A DNA stretch of 64,000 nucleotides from Octopus sinensis (lineage: Eukaryota), in contig NC_043023.1 of assembly GCF_006345805.1 (NCBI RefSeq), positions 17,174,001 to 17,238,000 on the forward strand, given 5' to 3'. Of this stretch, positions 1-11,223 are shown one piece after another; position 1 is the first letter of the stretch, and each line of letters begins with the position of its first letter. The notes under the pieces are model-generated. The model made no database searches. It worked only from the letters and a program-made list of their open reading frames with translations, and had not been told where the DNA came from. The position numbers were made by a program, and so were the translations under genes.

Positions 1-350
1 ACTTCTTTATTATCTTCCCTAGTCCATTTTTCCTTCTTTTTCTTTTGAGTGTTTGGTGACGAGCATGGATGGCCATCTGTTGGAATATTCCAGTTGCGGG
101 GTACGTCCAGCTCCTGTGTGTCGGGAAGATTTGATCCAGTAGCTGATTTTTCAATCAGACTTTGGTTCAATTTTCGGGTACGTGGTATTTTGTAGTCCGC
201 TCGCCGACCATCGCGGATTGTAGGTTGTTTTGTTGACATTGAAGCATAACGAGCTTCCATTCTTATATTAGGAGATGGATCTGTCAGTTTAGGATTCTCT
301 GCACGTAAACATTGTTCGTAGCGCAGGTTTTTAAGGCTAGCAGATCTGTA
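1..350 (-). mobile_element. Possible 5' coding fragment of an R4/Dong-like non-LTR retrotransposon running off the window
   Basis: Minus-strand translation ends ...KKKKEKWTREDNK, resembling the N-terminal KWTxE motif of R4-clade ORFs; recognised by eye only. Confidence 0.3.
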
Positions 351-448
351 TTCATCTGTATTTTTTTTGTTGATAGTTTTATCTCCGGGCATAGTTTTCC
401 CTTTTTTTTTTACTTATGAAAGGTTCACTCTGCCTGTATTAGTTATTA

Positions 449-487
<39 letters not shown>

Positions 488-489
488 TA

Positions 490-692
490 GGAGGCGGCGA
501 GCAGGCAGAATTGTTAGCACTCCGGACAAAATGCTTAGCAACAATTTGCTCGTCTTTACGTTCTGAGTTCAAATTCCTCCGAGATTAATTTTATCCTTTC
601 GGAGGTCGATGAAATAATTAATTACCAATTAAGTACCAATTAAGCAATAAACAATCCCCCCTTACCCCAAACTGCAGGTCTTGTGCCTATAG
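490..692 (+). mobile_element. tRNA-derived SINE (octopus-type, 'ggcggcgagctggcagaatcgttagc' family)
   Basis: Matches other copies in the window (44083-44642, 47815-48012, 48860-49090) with box-B-like gagttcaaattcc; follows an (ATT)n tract. Confidence 0.75.
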
Positions 693-700
693 TAGACTGG

Positions 701-743
<43 letters not shown>

Positions 744-747
744 TTTA

Positions 748-815
<68 letters not shown>
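701..815. repeat. (ACT)n microsatellite
   Basis: Directly visible; explains the poly-Thr/poly-Ser ORFs. Confidence 0.95.
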
Positions 816-1133
816 TCATCGCTGCCACCACTACCACCTCTGCTACTAGTACTACAACTATGAACTGGGTGAGTGTGAGAACCGGTGAAGTGCCAAGCAA
901 TATACCTTGCGATAGTTTCGTCCCTTAAGATTTTCAGCGGAAATTCTACCAAAGCCATACCTGCCTTCCATTATTTTAGGGTCGGTAAAATAATAGCAAT
1001 AAAGTAAGTAATAAAATCGAATTCACCTTTGCCTTAAAATACGTGATTCTGTACCTATGAGAGAAATCATTATTTTTATTATCTTAAATCATTAAAGATG
1101 TTAATAATGAGTAAGAAGATAATTTATACATAC

Positions 1134-1284
1134 TTGTTATTGAACGTAAATATTGTTAAATGTGAATAAGCGATAGTTGGACCTGAAATGACTTTATTGT
1201 TTTGAACCACGATGTAGAAGTCGTCTCCGTGCCGTTGAAAATAAACGTGCGATTTAGAATTGTTCCGCTCAACTGAAATTTCAC
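1134..1284 (-). CDS. PAN-domain secreted protein copy A, coding exon 4 (VKFQLSGTILNRTFIFNGTETTSTSWF...), with an apparent 1-nt frameshift
   Basis: ttttcag| acceptor at 1286-1285 and AA|gtatgt donor at 1133; homologous to exon 29794-29933 (FxFNG..TxSTSWF). Length is 151 nt, one short of the phase-2 length. Confidence 0.7.
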
Positions 1285-3244
1285 CTGAAAACAGAAAGTT
1301 GACTCGGATCAGTAAAGAATCTAAAAGAATAAGGGAGGTAAGAGAAAGGGGACTGGGTTGTGATATAGGAAGAGAGTAGGAGGGTGAGAAGGAGATATAA
1401 AGAAACGTGGAGGAAGAGTGTGAGAGAGTTTCAGAGTAAAAGAGAAAAAGATTAGAGAAGTTGTGAAAAAGGAGGAGACGGAGGGAGGGAGTGAAAGTGA
1501 GAGGATGAAATACAAAGTAGCGAATGAAGTGGAAGATTAAGATGGCGAGAAAGAGTTTGGATTTATGAGACAGAGAATCGGATTAATAACTAATGAGTCG
1601 GGATTTCGGAGTCTTTGTAAAAAGTTTCGTTGCATCTGTGGGAAGTAGAAGACCCTGACAAAATCCGGGACAAAAACAAAAGGTAAAAACAACAAGAATC
1701 AATCTCCCATCAACAATGTCACATTGATATTCTGTGGAGGAATGAAGGGCGACATCAGGACCGGAAGTAAAAGGGAAGTGACGTCATGTCAAGAAGCGGG
1801 ACATTTGAACAGCATTTTTCATGGAAGTGTGGAACGGATGTCAGAGGGATAGTAGTTTCTGGCCAGAGTAGCTACTCATGTTGGTATGTCCATCATGTTC
1901 CTTTGGCCCTGGTGGAGTGTCACTTTATACCCTATTCTGAAGTTCATCTCGAGGGAAAAGCATTCTTATTTTTGCCACCCCATCTACATATTCACAAATT
2001 TCGACCTAAATTTCATCATTTCACCTCTTCCTTTCAAAATGCAAGACAGTCGCCCGCTGACACTCGCTGACGATACATCGAAGAGGCCAGGGAACAGAAG
2101 AAAGAAGAAGAAAGAAGACATGAACCCAACACCAGAGCTGAAGGCACCCCCGAAAGAGGAGGGACCCGCCACGTCAAAACGGTAGAGGAGTAGGGGCCAA
2201 AACCGGACGTGGTTCCGCCTGATGATGTCTTGAGCTAACTGGATACTATAAAGGAGCTGTTGTGGTAGCAGACCACGAAACACGGTTGAATTCCCTCAGA
2301 TACTGACTGCAGGGAAGGACTTGCTGACAATCCAGAAAGAGGGATGACAAAGCGGAGAGACGCTTGACAGTACGACAGCGTAACGAAGGATCAAATGGGC
2401 TTGCAGCCCGACCAGGGGTAAAATTGAAACAAAAAAGCATGGGGAAATCATGCCCACATGATCCCGGACCACGAGGGGAGAATAAAGGATCAAATAGGAA
2501 CGGAAAGAAAAACGAAATGGACTTGAACCGGAAATGGACAATGAGAAAGGAAACGGTAAAGGAATAGTAGATGAGGAGTTCAGCTGCTGCGGAAAGGTGT
2601 TTGCTAGGCACATATAAATAATGTATTACAAATGTTTACAGAAACCAACGTTCTCACTCCATGTGTAAATACGGCCATCGAAACACGTTCCGTATCAAAA
2701 CTAAACCAACCCTTGAAGCAATCACAAAAAAAGGGCCAGACAATTAAGTTAAAATCCTTATCATTCACTCCAAGTTCTTATTCGAGGAATATGTGCTTTG
2801 AATTTGTTGTAGAAAAATCGCTGAAACTCACGTGTGTAAATGTCACGAAAAACAGAAACATACAAACCGATACCCGGCGAAAATGATGAAAATCTAAATA
2901 AAAGGCCGGACCTTAGTCCCCAAGAAAAAAAAGGAGAAATAAATACGAGAGGAATAGGTTTCTATGCGTCGTGTATATTTTATAGCAACACTCTTGCCGC
3001 CAAATGAAAACGCTGCACAATATTCCATTGGAATTTAGAAGGAAAATTAGTCTGGATCTAGTTCTATCGTGAAACCCGCCAAAAAAACTTGCTAACAAAA
3101 AAGATAGATTTTAAAAATGAAACAAACATCAGAAACTGAAATTAAACATTTAAAAGAAAACACTAGTAATTATTGTAAAACAGCAACAAATATGTAGATT
3201 GGTTATTCAATGAGAATCATCTTGAAATTCTAAAAATTCATTAC

Positions 3245-3336
3245 CTTTTCAATAGGCATGTCTTCCCAGTACAAATAAATAGGGCTTTTCATAAATGAGT
3301 TTGGGGTCATCTCAAATACTTTCTGCCAGCTTGTAC
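3245..3336 (-). CDS. PAN-domain secreted protein copy A, coding exon 3 (TSWQKVFEMTPNSFMKSPIYLYWEDMPIEK)
   Basis: ccag| acceptor, AAG|gtaatg donor, 92 nt, phase 1 to phase 0; identical length in all three paralogues. Confidence 0.8.
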
Positions 3337-3376
3337 CTGGATCAGCAATAAAAAATGTAAGTATACAAACAAGATG

Positions 3377-3800
3377 TTAACCCTAAAACGGCGTGAAAGT
3401 GTTACATGAATGTCTGTGACAAACGGACAATAATCGAAAAAATCTCTTTTTCATAAGGCTATTTTTTATATTTATCTTCATTAAATTAAGCACAAAAACT
3501 AAAATAATTGTTGGTCTTAAACAAATGGAGCAGAATCGATGCACTTTTTCCATCCAAGAGCTAGTTAAAGCATTATTTTTTTCTGTATTATCAAAAACTT
3601 CATTTTCAACATCACCTGCTTCATTTGATGATGAAAGAAAATAAGAAAAGCACTTCTTCATCGCTGTTTAAATCATCTATTTACGACTGGATTTCTCCCA
3701 TTGATAAGAGCCGCTTACGCTTAGGCGCATTTAATTTAGCAGACGCTCGAGCCTCAACTGATGACGGTAATATCTGTGTAATCTTTTTGTGACACCAATA
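3377..3800 (-). mobile_element. Possible degenerate piggyBac-like terminus (TTAA+CCCT end, Cys-rich ORF remnant)
   Basis: ttaa|ccctaaaacggc at 3377-3392; adjacent ORF remnant HRFCSIC...VCHRHSC; homologous ends at ~33050 and ~47612. Confidence 0.3.
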
Positions 3801-4039
3801 GGATTTTAAAGAAAAAGGAGGTGCATTCCAGAAGTTTCCAGGATTTTTCAGGAAAGACATTTATTTATTTCAAAGAAAGCTGAGTGAACCGGTCCGATTC
3901 CTCGTTCCACATCTCGCTCAGGATTGTGTTTGGTGGAAAGCACACTTCTAAGGCATGCAAAGTGATTAACTCGTTCCAGTGGTGTGCCCGAAATTATGAT
4001 GCTAAAGTCCAGAAGGGCAGAATTCGAGATTGATTAGGC

Positions 4040-4750
4040 GAAGAATTTACAGTGAGAATTTACAGTGAGCTCAAAACGTTGATACGCAATGGTGAAATAA
4101 CTGACAGATTGTTGCAGTTCTAAGCTTGAGTGACCGAATGACCACGTTGCCATCGACGAAGTGAAGTTCTGAGATTCGCTTGGAACTGGTAAGATTCTTT
4201 GACCGAAACCTCACCAAGCTGAAGAGTCTTTCATCAAAACGATATCTGATGTCCTTTCCCAGCTGATCCGAGGCAAGTTCATAGATCATTGCAGCAAGGT
4301 ATAAGGAGTAAAGCATAGTAGCGGGTACGCAAACTTGTTTCAATCCAGATGTAATTGGGAATTCTTCTGAGAGTCCATCACGAGGAAGGAAACGCCCAGT
4401 CATGCCATCGTATGATCAGAGAGAAGAAGAAATTGATCAAGGGCCGTCCATATGGCTGGTCTTGGTACTCTATCAAAAACATTTTGCAGATCATAAAGGA
4501 TAAGGAAAATGCGGTTTTGTTGTTCTCGATACTTGCTTTGGAATTGTCTGGCGCAGATCGTGTCTATGGTTCCAAGTAATGCTCGGAAAACACACTGGGA
4601 TTCTGGAAGGATTCTTTCTGCGACGACGTGGAGGTCGTTCAAGGGTATTGGAGCAAAGATCTTTCCTAAAATAATAAGTAGCGAGATTACACGATGGTTT
4701 CCATAAGCTTTTCTATCTCCTTTCTTGAATATACTGATTATGAGAGCACT
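4040..4750 (-). mobile_element. Degenerate RTE-clade LINE RT fragment
   Basis: ORF pieces ERILPESQC.FR, DL..VFDRVPR, SGLKQ.CV.A..L, DIRYRFD.RLF; duplicated at ~33720-34290. Confidence 0.8.
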
Positions 4751-4759
4751 AAGTGCGTG

Positions 4760-5080
4760 AGGTCGGCAATGTCTCGTGTATGAGTCTACGTGTGAGTATA
4801 GCTTCCTTAATTCTTAAATTACCCACATTTCTTTCACTGGCCTCAATTGTGACTGTTATGCTTTTGTCGGTGTTCCGGCATCTTTTCAGAAGGAGGAGGC
4901 TATCGTGTTAAGATGCTCTTTGATGCGGACGTGTAACGGTTTTGTTGTGCTACCCACATAGAAATTGTTGCATTTGTTACATTGTATTCTATACACAACA
5001 TTTACCTGTTGGCATAAATCTATGTCACGGATGGGACAGTTTGTTAGCTTGCATTGATTGTTGTCCCTTGTTCGTTTCTT
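4760..5080 (-). mobile_element. Penelope-like element GIY-YIG endonuclease fragment
   Basis: ORF 4886-5143 contains C..C...C..NVVYRIQCNKCNNFYVGSTTKPLHVRIKEH, the typical PLE GIY-YIG motif; duplicated at 34310-34600. Confidence 0.8.
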
Positions 5081-5290
5081 TGCGAGCATACATACATAAA
5101 ACATACAAATCTGCGCATAGATAAATACATACATAACATACATTCAAACTTACAAACAAAAATACCCTGTTGTTGATGTTGCAATTCCAGTGAAAGAGCC
5201 TGGATTTAGGTTAGAAACCGGTTCATTCTCTATTGGCAGGAAATCCTGAAATAAACTGAATAATGATATACTTACATACATACATATATA

Positions 5291-5688
5291 GCCGCAGGAG
5301 TGGCTGTGTGGTACGTAGCTTGCTTACCAGCCACATGGTTCCAGGTTCAGTCCCTCTGCGTGGCACCTTGAGCAAGCGTTTTCTACTATAACATCGGGCC
5401 GACCAAAGCCTTGTTAGTGTATTTGGTGGATGGAAACTGAAAGAAGCCCGTCGTATATATATATGTGTGTGTGAGTGTGTGTGTGTGTGTGTGTTTGTGT
5501 TTGTGCCACTAACATCACACGATAATCGATGCTGGTGTATTCACGTCCCCGTAACTTAGGAGTTCGGCAAAAGAGACCGATAGAATAAGTACTAGGCTTA
5601 CAAAGAATAAGTCCTGGGGTCGATTTGCTCGACTAAAGGCGGGACTCCAGCATGGCCGCAGTCAAATGACTGGAACAAATAATAGAGT
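5291..5688 (+). mobile_element. tRNA-derived SINE with internal (TA)/(TG) microsatellite ('ggcgcaggagtggctgtgtgg' family)
   Basis: Same head and tail as copies at 17700, 50872, 52740, 57935, 61300 and 62399; absent from the paralogous B intron. Confidence 0.85.
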
Positions 5689-5745
5689 GATAGAATACAT
5701 ATATAAATGTGTGTGTGTGTCTGTGTGTTTGTGTGTGTTTGTGTG

Positions 5746-5810
<65 letters not shown>

Positions 5811-5882
5811 TTGTAAAACAATTGGGATAATGATGAAAATATAGTACAGAAAAAATATGCCATAAAATTGTGATTTACATAC

Positions 5883-6215
5883 TGTTTCCGGAAAGTAAAA
5901 TATACGATGAACATGTGCAATCCTGATCTTTAATTTCTTCGTTGTAAAGCGATCGATGCATATAACACGGGCCATTACAATAGCTAAAATATTCACACTC
6001 ATCGCGTGAAATACACAGACTTGCACATTCTAAACGAGATGACGCGGTTTTTGTAGTTTTATTCTGATCAATTAAGCATTTTGATGCTGTGGTTTGTTCG
6101 AAGAGACCATCTCTATACGTTGGTTCTCCGGCAGTTACAAGAGTCACGAAAAGCAAAAGTGTCAAAGCTGGCAGCAGAAGAAGAATCGAATGGTACTGAA
6201 TTGTTGTCTCCATTC
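5883..6215 (-). CDS. PAN-domain secreted protein copy A, coding exon 2: signal peptide + PAN/Apple-like domain
   Basis: ttttcag|GA ATG acceptor; hydrophobic [18 protein letters not shown] signal; [25 protein letters not shown]-like Cys pattern; AAC A|gtatgt donor; 333 nt. Confidence 0.85.
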
Positions 6216-6272
6216 CTGAAAAATATACAAGTATATATAAATACATGCATACATAAATACATATATCCAAAC

Positions 6273-6353
<81 letters not shown>

Positions 6354-6498
6354 CACATATATATATATATATACATCTATATACGTATATATACACGTTT
6401 ATATACATATATACATGTATATATGTATATACATATTTATACATATATATATACACACATATATGATATATATAGTATATTCATATATACATATTACA

Positions 6499-6542
<44 letters not shown>

Positions 6543-6589
6543 TAATATATATATATATATTCATTTATATACATCTGTGTGTATAGACA

Positions 6590-7215
6590 TGGTGATACAC
6601 GATGGCCGTCCACTCGTGACCGAGGAAGACCATTGCTGACCTTCAGGAACATTATGCACTCTAGGACTAACTTATAGTTTGCATTTGCAGCTCCGTTGGT
6701 GGTTAATGAGTTCTGCTCTTGACATTCATTCACGACTGCAAAATATTTCAAACCAAGCTTTCCCAATTCAGTACATCAGCCATGCGTTTTCGAGCAGCAC
6801 GCTTAAGTCCTTCATGCTGAATACATGCTCTCTCAAAAGTGTCGACCCCTTCCTTAACCTACTTCCATCTGTGGACATGACAGGCATTGCTCTCCTGCAT
6901 ATCACAAGCCTTTAATGAGGACTTGACACAATCATTAAATCACAGCCTTTTTCCGCTCACAAATTCCCCGTATAGCATCTGTTTAGGGATCCTGCTATCC
7001 TTCATTCTAATAAGGAGTCTAGTCCAACGTAACCAGTGCTTGTGCATCGTCGCCTCAATCCTCTGGACATCAGCTTTCCTCAAGACCAGTGTGCCTGCAG
7101 TTTTTAAGGTCCAGCCAACATTCAGAATGTGTCTCAGACATCTCTGATGAAAGCGTTCAAGAACACTTGCATGACGTTTATAAAGGTTCCATGTCTCACA
7201 TGAGTAAAGGAGCGA
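6590..7215 (-). mobile_element. Old degenerate RTE LINE 3' fragment
   Basis: Motif RMKDSRIPKQMLYGE on the minus strand; paralogous copy at 35790-36257. Confidence 0.75.
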
Positions 7216-7326
7216 TGTTAGTATACATGCACGGTATAGAGATGTGCATGTACCTACCTACATACATACATACATATAATAATAATAATAATGTTCGTTC
7301 TTCGGGTTCGATGATGACCACTGACA

Positions 7327-9189
7327 TCATTTGGTGGAACTGCCGTCATGAGACCGGAGGTGGCTGGTGAGGCCAATCCGGGCAAGGAAGCCCCTCCCAC
7401 AGGTGGGGCAGAAGTGGGTAGGGGCCGTGCTACCGGTGCAGGCGGCTCTGGCTTTCCGCATCTGGCGTTTCTGCTCTGCTGACTGAATCCGTCCCTCCTC
7501 GGCTGTCCCTGCTCCTGTGGTGATTGCGCTGCGCCAGGATGAGCGGTCGGCAGCAAGTGTCTCCCAGGTCTCTGTGCCGATGGAGAAGTCTTTGAGAGAG
7601 ACCTTGAGACTGTCCTTGAAGCGCTTCTTCTGCCCTCCGACTTTACGTTTGCCCTGGCTGAGTTCCCCGTAGAAGAGCTGTTTTGGGATGCGAGTGTCGG
7701 ACATGCGGGAGACGTGGCCCGCCCATCTCAGCTGGGCCTTGCGCATGATTGTGATGGTGCTAGGGAGATCTGCCTGCTTCAGAACTTCCGTGTCTGGGAC
7801 TTTGTCCTGACAGCGGATGTGAAGGAGGTTCCGAAGACACCTGAGGTGGAAGTGGTTTATCTGGCACTCATGCCTTCGGTAAGCAGTCCACGTCTCGCAG
7901 CCGTATAGTAGGGTGGTAAGCACGACTGCCCAGTAGACTTTCAGCTTGGTGTTGAGGCTGATTCCTCTCCGCTCCCAGACTTTCTTTCGCAGTCTCCCAA
8001 ACGCGCTGCTTGCCTTGGAGATTCTGTTGATGGTTTCAGCATCTATGTTGGCATTGCAGGAGAGAGTGCTGCCCAGGTAGGTGAAGTTTTCCACCGCTCG
8101 TAGGATCCGTCCGTTCACCTTTATCTGAGGCTTATGGTATTGTTTGCCGGGGGCTGGCTGAAACATCACTTCGGTTTTCTTGGCACTGATGGTGAGACCG
8201 AAGTTGTCACAGGCTGATGAGAACCTGTCCATCTCGAGCTGCATCTCCTGCTCATCGATTGCATTAAGGGCGCAATCGTCAGCAAAGAGAAAGTCTCTGA
8301 CGACTGTCTCCCTCACCTTTGTGACAGCCTGCAATCTTCTGGAGTTGAAAAGTTTCCCGTCTGTCCTGTACTTGATGTCGATACCGGACTTGCAGTCCCT
8401 AAAGGCGTCGGACAGCATTGCGGAGAACATGATGCTGAACAGTGTTGGGGCCAGGACACAGCCCTGCCTGACTCCGTTGGTCATCTGGAAGGCTTCAGAT
8501 GAGTTGCCGTCTTCAAGGACTTTGGCTGTCATTCCGTCGTGGAACTGGCGGACAATTGCAATAAATTTGCTGGGGCAACCAAATTTTCCCATGACCTTCC
8601 ATAGTCCCTCCCGACTGACTGTATCAAAAGCCTTGGTGAGGTCAACAAAGGTCATGCAGAGGTCAAGGTGCTGCTCCATGCATTTCTCCTGGAGCTGGCG
8701 GGCGGCGAATATCATGTCAGTGGTCCCTCGACCCGCGCGGAAGCCACACTGGCTCTCAGGGAGAAGGCCTTGCTCCAAGTGTTCCAGAAGGCGGTCAAGC
8801 AGGACTCGGGCCAGGATCTTGCCTGCTATGGACAAGAGGGAGATTCCTCGGTGGTTGTCGCAGGACCGCCGATCTCCTTTCCGCTTATAAATGTGGACGA
8901 TTGTTGCGTCCCGGAAATCTTGAGAGAGTTGTTCCCTGTCCCACATCGACTGGAACAGGCTGGTGAGCTGACTGATCATGGTGGGGCCGCCCGACTTGAA
9001 CATCTCTGCAGGGATGGCGTCAGAGCCTGGAGCTTTGCCGGTGGACATTTTTTGATGACTCTGCTCACTTCCTCGACTGCAGGGGGAAAAGCCAGCTCGT
9101 GGTTTGTCGGCACCTGGGGGAGTCGTGCGATGGCTTCCTCGTTGATCTGGGCTGGTCGGTTGAGCACGATGTTGAAATGCTCCGCCCAT
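7327..9189 (-). CDS. RTE LINE reverse transcriptase ORF segment (open from ~KMSTGKAPG to the stop)
   Basis: 620-aa ORF with all RT motifs including FADD and a terminal zinc finger. Confidence 0.85.
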   Translation of the reverse strand: MGGAFQHRAQPTSPDQRGSHRTTPPGADKPRAGFSPCSRGSEQSHQKMSTGKAPGSDAIPAEMFKSGGPTMISQLTSLFQSMWDREQLSQDFRDATIVHIYKRKGDRRSCDNHRGISLLSIAGKILARVLLDRLLEHLEQGLLPESQCGFRAGRGTTDMIFAARQLQEKCMEQHLDLCMTFVDLTKAFDTVSREGLWKVMGKFGCPSKFIAIVRQFHDGMTAKVLEDGNSSEAFQMTNGVRQGCVLAPTLFSIMFSAMLSDAFRDCKSGIDIKYRTDGKLFNSRRLQAVTKVRETVVRDFLFADDCALNAIDEQEMQLEMDRFSSACDNFGLTISAKKTEVMFQPAPGKQYHKPQIKVNGRILRAVENFTYLGSTLSCNANIDAETINRISKASSAFGRLRKKVWERRGISLNTKLKVYWAVVLTTLLYGCETWTAYRRHECQINHFHLRCLRNLLHIRCQDKVPDTEVLKQADLPSTITIMRKAQLRWAGHVSRMSDTRIPKQLFYGELSQGKRKVGGQKKRFKDSLKVSLKDFSIGTETWETLAADRSSWRSAITTGAGTAEEGRIQSAEQKRQMRKARAACTGSTAPTHFCPTCGRGFLARIGLTSHLRSHDGSSTK

Positions 9190-10229
9190 CTCTCCAGGAT
9201 CAGCTTTTTGTTAGTCAGGAGTGAGGTTCCATCCGAGCTGAGCAGGGGGGTTGATCCAAAGGAGAACTGCGGTCCATAGACAGCTTTCAGCGCCTCGTAG
9301 AATTTCTTGGTGTCGTGTTTGTCTGCGTATCCCTGAATCTCATCCGCCTTGGCGCTTAACCATGCGTCTTGCATGAGGCGGAGTTTTGCCTGGACTGTGC
9401 TGCGAATGTTGTTGAAAGCAGCCTTCTTTGCCGTGCAGGTGGTGTCATTTTGGTGAGCCCGCAGCAGACGGCGTTTCTCTTCCAGGAGCTTTTGGATTTC
9501 CTGGTCGTTTTCGTCGAACCAGTCCTGGTGGTTCCTCGTAACTTGGCCTAGAGTTTCAAGGGCGATGGAATGAACCGTGTCCCTGAATGATTCCCACTGC
9601 TCATCGATGCTGGACTGGTCATTCCGAATGTCCAACAGCTTGCTGTCCATACGTGACTGGAGATCTTGTGCAGTCAGCTGGTTCTTTAATTTCGTGATGT
9701 TAAGCTTCCTCGTCACTTTCTGACCCTGTGGTCTTCTCTTAGGTCGGATGTAGAAATCCATCCTGGAAATGATGAGGCGATGGGCCGTCCAGCAATCAGC
9801 TCCGCACATGGCTTTGACCAGTCTCACGTCCCGCCTGTCTTTCGCCCTGACGATGACGTAATCTATCAGATGCCAGTGTTTGGAGCGTGGATGCATCCAT
9901 GATGTCTTGTTGCGTGTTGGCAGACGGAACAAGGTGTTGGCGATGGTAAGATCATGAGAGGCACACGCACGCAGGAGGAGCTTCCCGTTGTTGTTGCACT
10001 TTCCGATTCCTTGCTTTCCCAGTACGCGATGCCAAGCTTGGTGGCCAGTCCCGACACGGGCGTTAAAATCCCCAAGGAGGATGAGCTTCCCAGGCTGGGC
10101 TGACGTGATGAGGGAGTCGAGTTCCTCATAGAACCTGTCCTTAACTTCTTCAGGGTTGGTCATGGTGGGGGCGTAAGCACTGATGATGGTCGCACTAGTC
10201 TTGTTTCCAAGTGAGAGCTGCATCTTCAT
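8976..10229 (-). CDS. RTE LINE endonuclease/linker ORF segment
   Basis: 417-aa ORF with APE-type motifs YAPT, GDFNARVG, IDY. Confidence 0.8.
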   Translation of the reverse strand: MKMQLSLGNKTSATIISAYAPTMTNPEEVKDRFYEELDSLITSAQPGKLILLGDFNARVGTGHQAWHRVLGKQGIGKCNNNGKLLLRACASHDLTIANTLFRLPTRNKTSWMHPRSKHWHLIDYVIVRAKDRRDVRLVKAMCGADCWTAHRLIISRMDFYIRPKRRPQGQKVTRKLNITKLKNQLTAQDLQSRMDSKLLDIRNDQSSIDEQWESFRDTVHSIALETLGQVTRNHQDWFDENDQEIQKLLEEKRRLLRAHQNDTTCTAKKAAFNNIRSTVQAKLRLMQDAWLSAKADEIQGYADKHDTKKFYEALKAVYGPQFSFGSTPLLSSDGTSLLTNKKLILERWAEHFNIVLNRPAQINEEAIARLPQVPTNHELAFPPAVEEVSRVIKKCPPAKLQALTPSLQRCSSRAAPP

Positions 10230-11049
10230 CAGCCGATCGTTGATACCCTCGGGGGGAAGGGGGGGCTTTCCAGTTTCCGCATGTGTACTGACTTGATGGC
10301 AAAACCAACACCAGCCTCACGACGCTCTTCGCTGCTGCGACCACTCCAAAAGAAAGTGAAGCCGCCGCCTTCTCTGTCAGCTGGCCTTTGTCCGCAAGGC
10401 GGGTCTCGCTCAGTGCTGCAATATCGACATTGTATCGGCTCAGTTCTCTGGCCACCAGGGCAGTTCGTCTCTCTGGTCTGTCCGCTTTGGTGTTCTCAAG
10501 CAGAGTTCTCACGTTCCAAGTTGCGAAAGTGAGCACCTTTGTTTGTTTTCTTCTTTCTTTGTTTCGACCGCTTGGAAAGGATCCCCGCCAGCCGCGGTTT
10601 GCTGACCAGGGTGAGGTGAGGCAGGCTATGTTTAGGGCAACCTTTTCTAGCCCTAAACATTGCCTGCCTCACATACATATATACATACATACATACACAC
10701 ATACATACATACATACATACGTACATAGACACACGCACACATTCTAAAATTATTGATCGCTCGTCGTCGCCTTCTTAAGGGAAGCTACTCTCAAATATAT
10801 ATTTTCTTATATTGAGAGTTACCTCCCTGGACACATACCTTAAACCACTTCATTATTGTATACTAAATAGATTTTATTGATCATTGCTTCCTTCTTTCAG
10901 TCATTGAACTACGGCCGAGCTGGAGCACCACAGTGACGTGATTAGTCCAACAGACCGACTCCAGTATTTCTCATCCTCGAGAATGCCACTTTCCTTCCGA
11001 CCTATTTGCCGAACTGCTATGTTACAGGAACTTAGACAGAGCAAAAAAA

Positions 11050-11223
11050 GCACCCATTAAAATCACGGAGTGGTGGCGTTAGGAAGGGCATCCAGCTGTA
11101 GAAACACTGCCAGATCAGACTGGAGCCTGGTGCAGCCTCCTGGCTTCCCAGAACCCGGTCAAACTGTCCAACCCGCGCTAGCACGGAAAACGGCCGTTAA
11201 ACGATGATGATGATGATGATGAT
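11050..11223 (+). mobile_element. SINE/LINE 3' tail ending in (GAT)n
   Basis: ggcgttaggaagggcatccagctgtagaaac...gttaaacgatgatgat resembles a common cephalopod retroposon tail; family not assigned. Confidence 0.5.

Larger units (their letters stand above)
7276..10671 (-). mobile_element. Near full-length RTE (BovB-like) LINE: APE endonuclease + RT + C-terminal C2H2 finger, two frameshifts
   Basis: ORFs 10536-10195 (TWNVRTL, ALSETRL), 10229-8976 (SAYAPT, LGDFNARVG, HLIDYVI) and 9189-7327 (LPESQCGFR, DLTKAFD, GVRQGCVLAP, FADD, CPTCGRGF..RIGLTSHLRSH); (ATT)n 3' tail at ~7276-7292. Confidence 0.95.

Noticed and set aside
1786-2613. Overlapping short ORFs in a GC-richer intronic insert
   Set aside because: No recognisable domain or consistent splice signals; probably an unclassified repeat remnant.
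5170-5250. Hammerhead-like GAAAC motif next to the GIY-YIG fragment (also ~34700)
   Set aside because: It lacks a canonical CUGANGA box and stem I; too degenerate to call.
8180-9279. Long + strand ORFs (236 and 203 aa)
   Set aside because: They are antisense shadows of the RTE reverse transcriptase frame.
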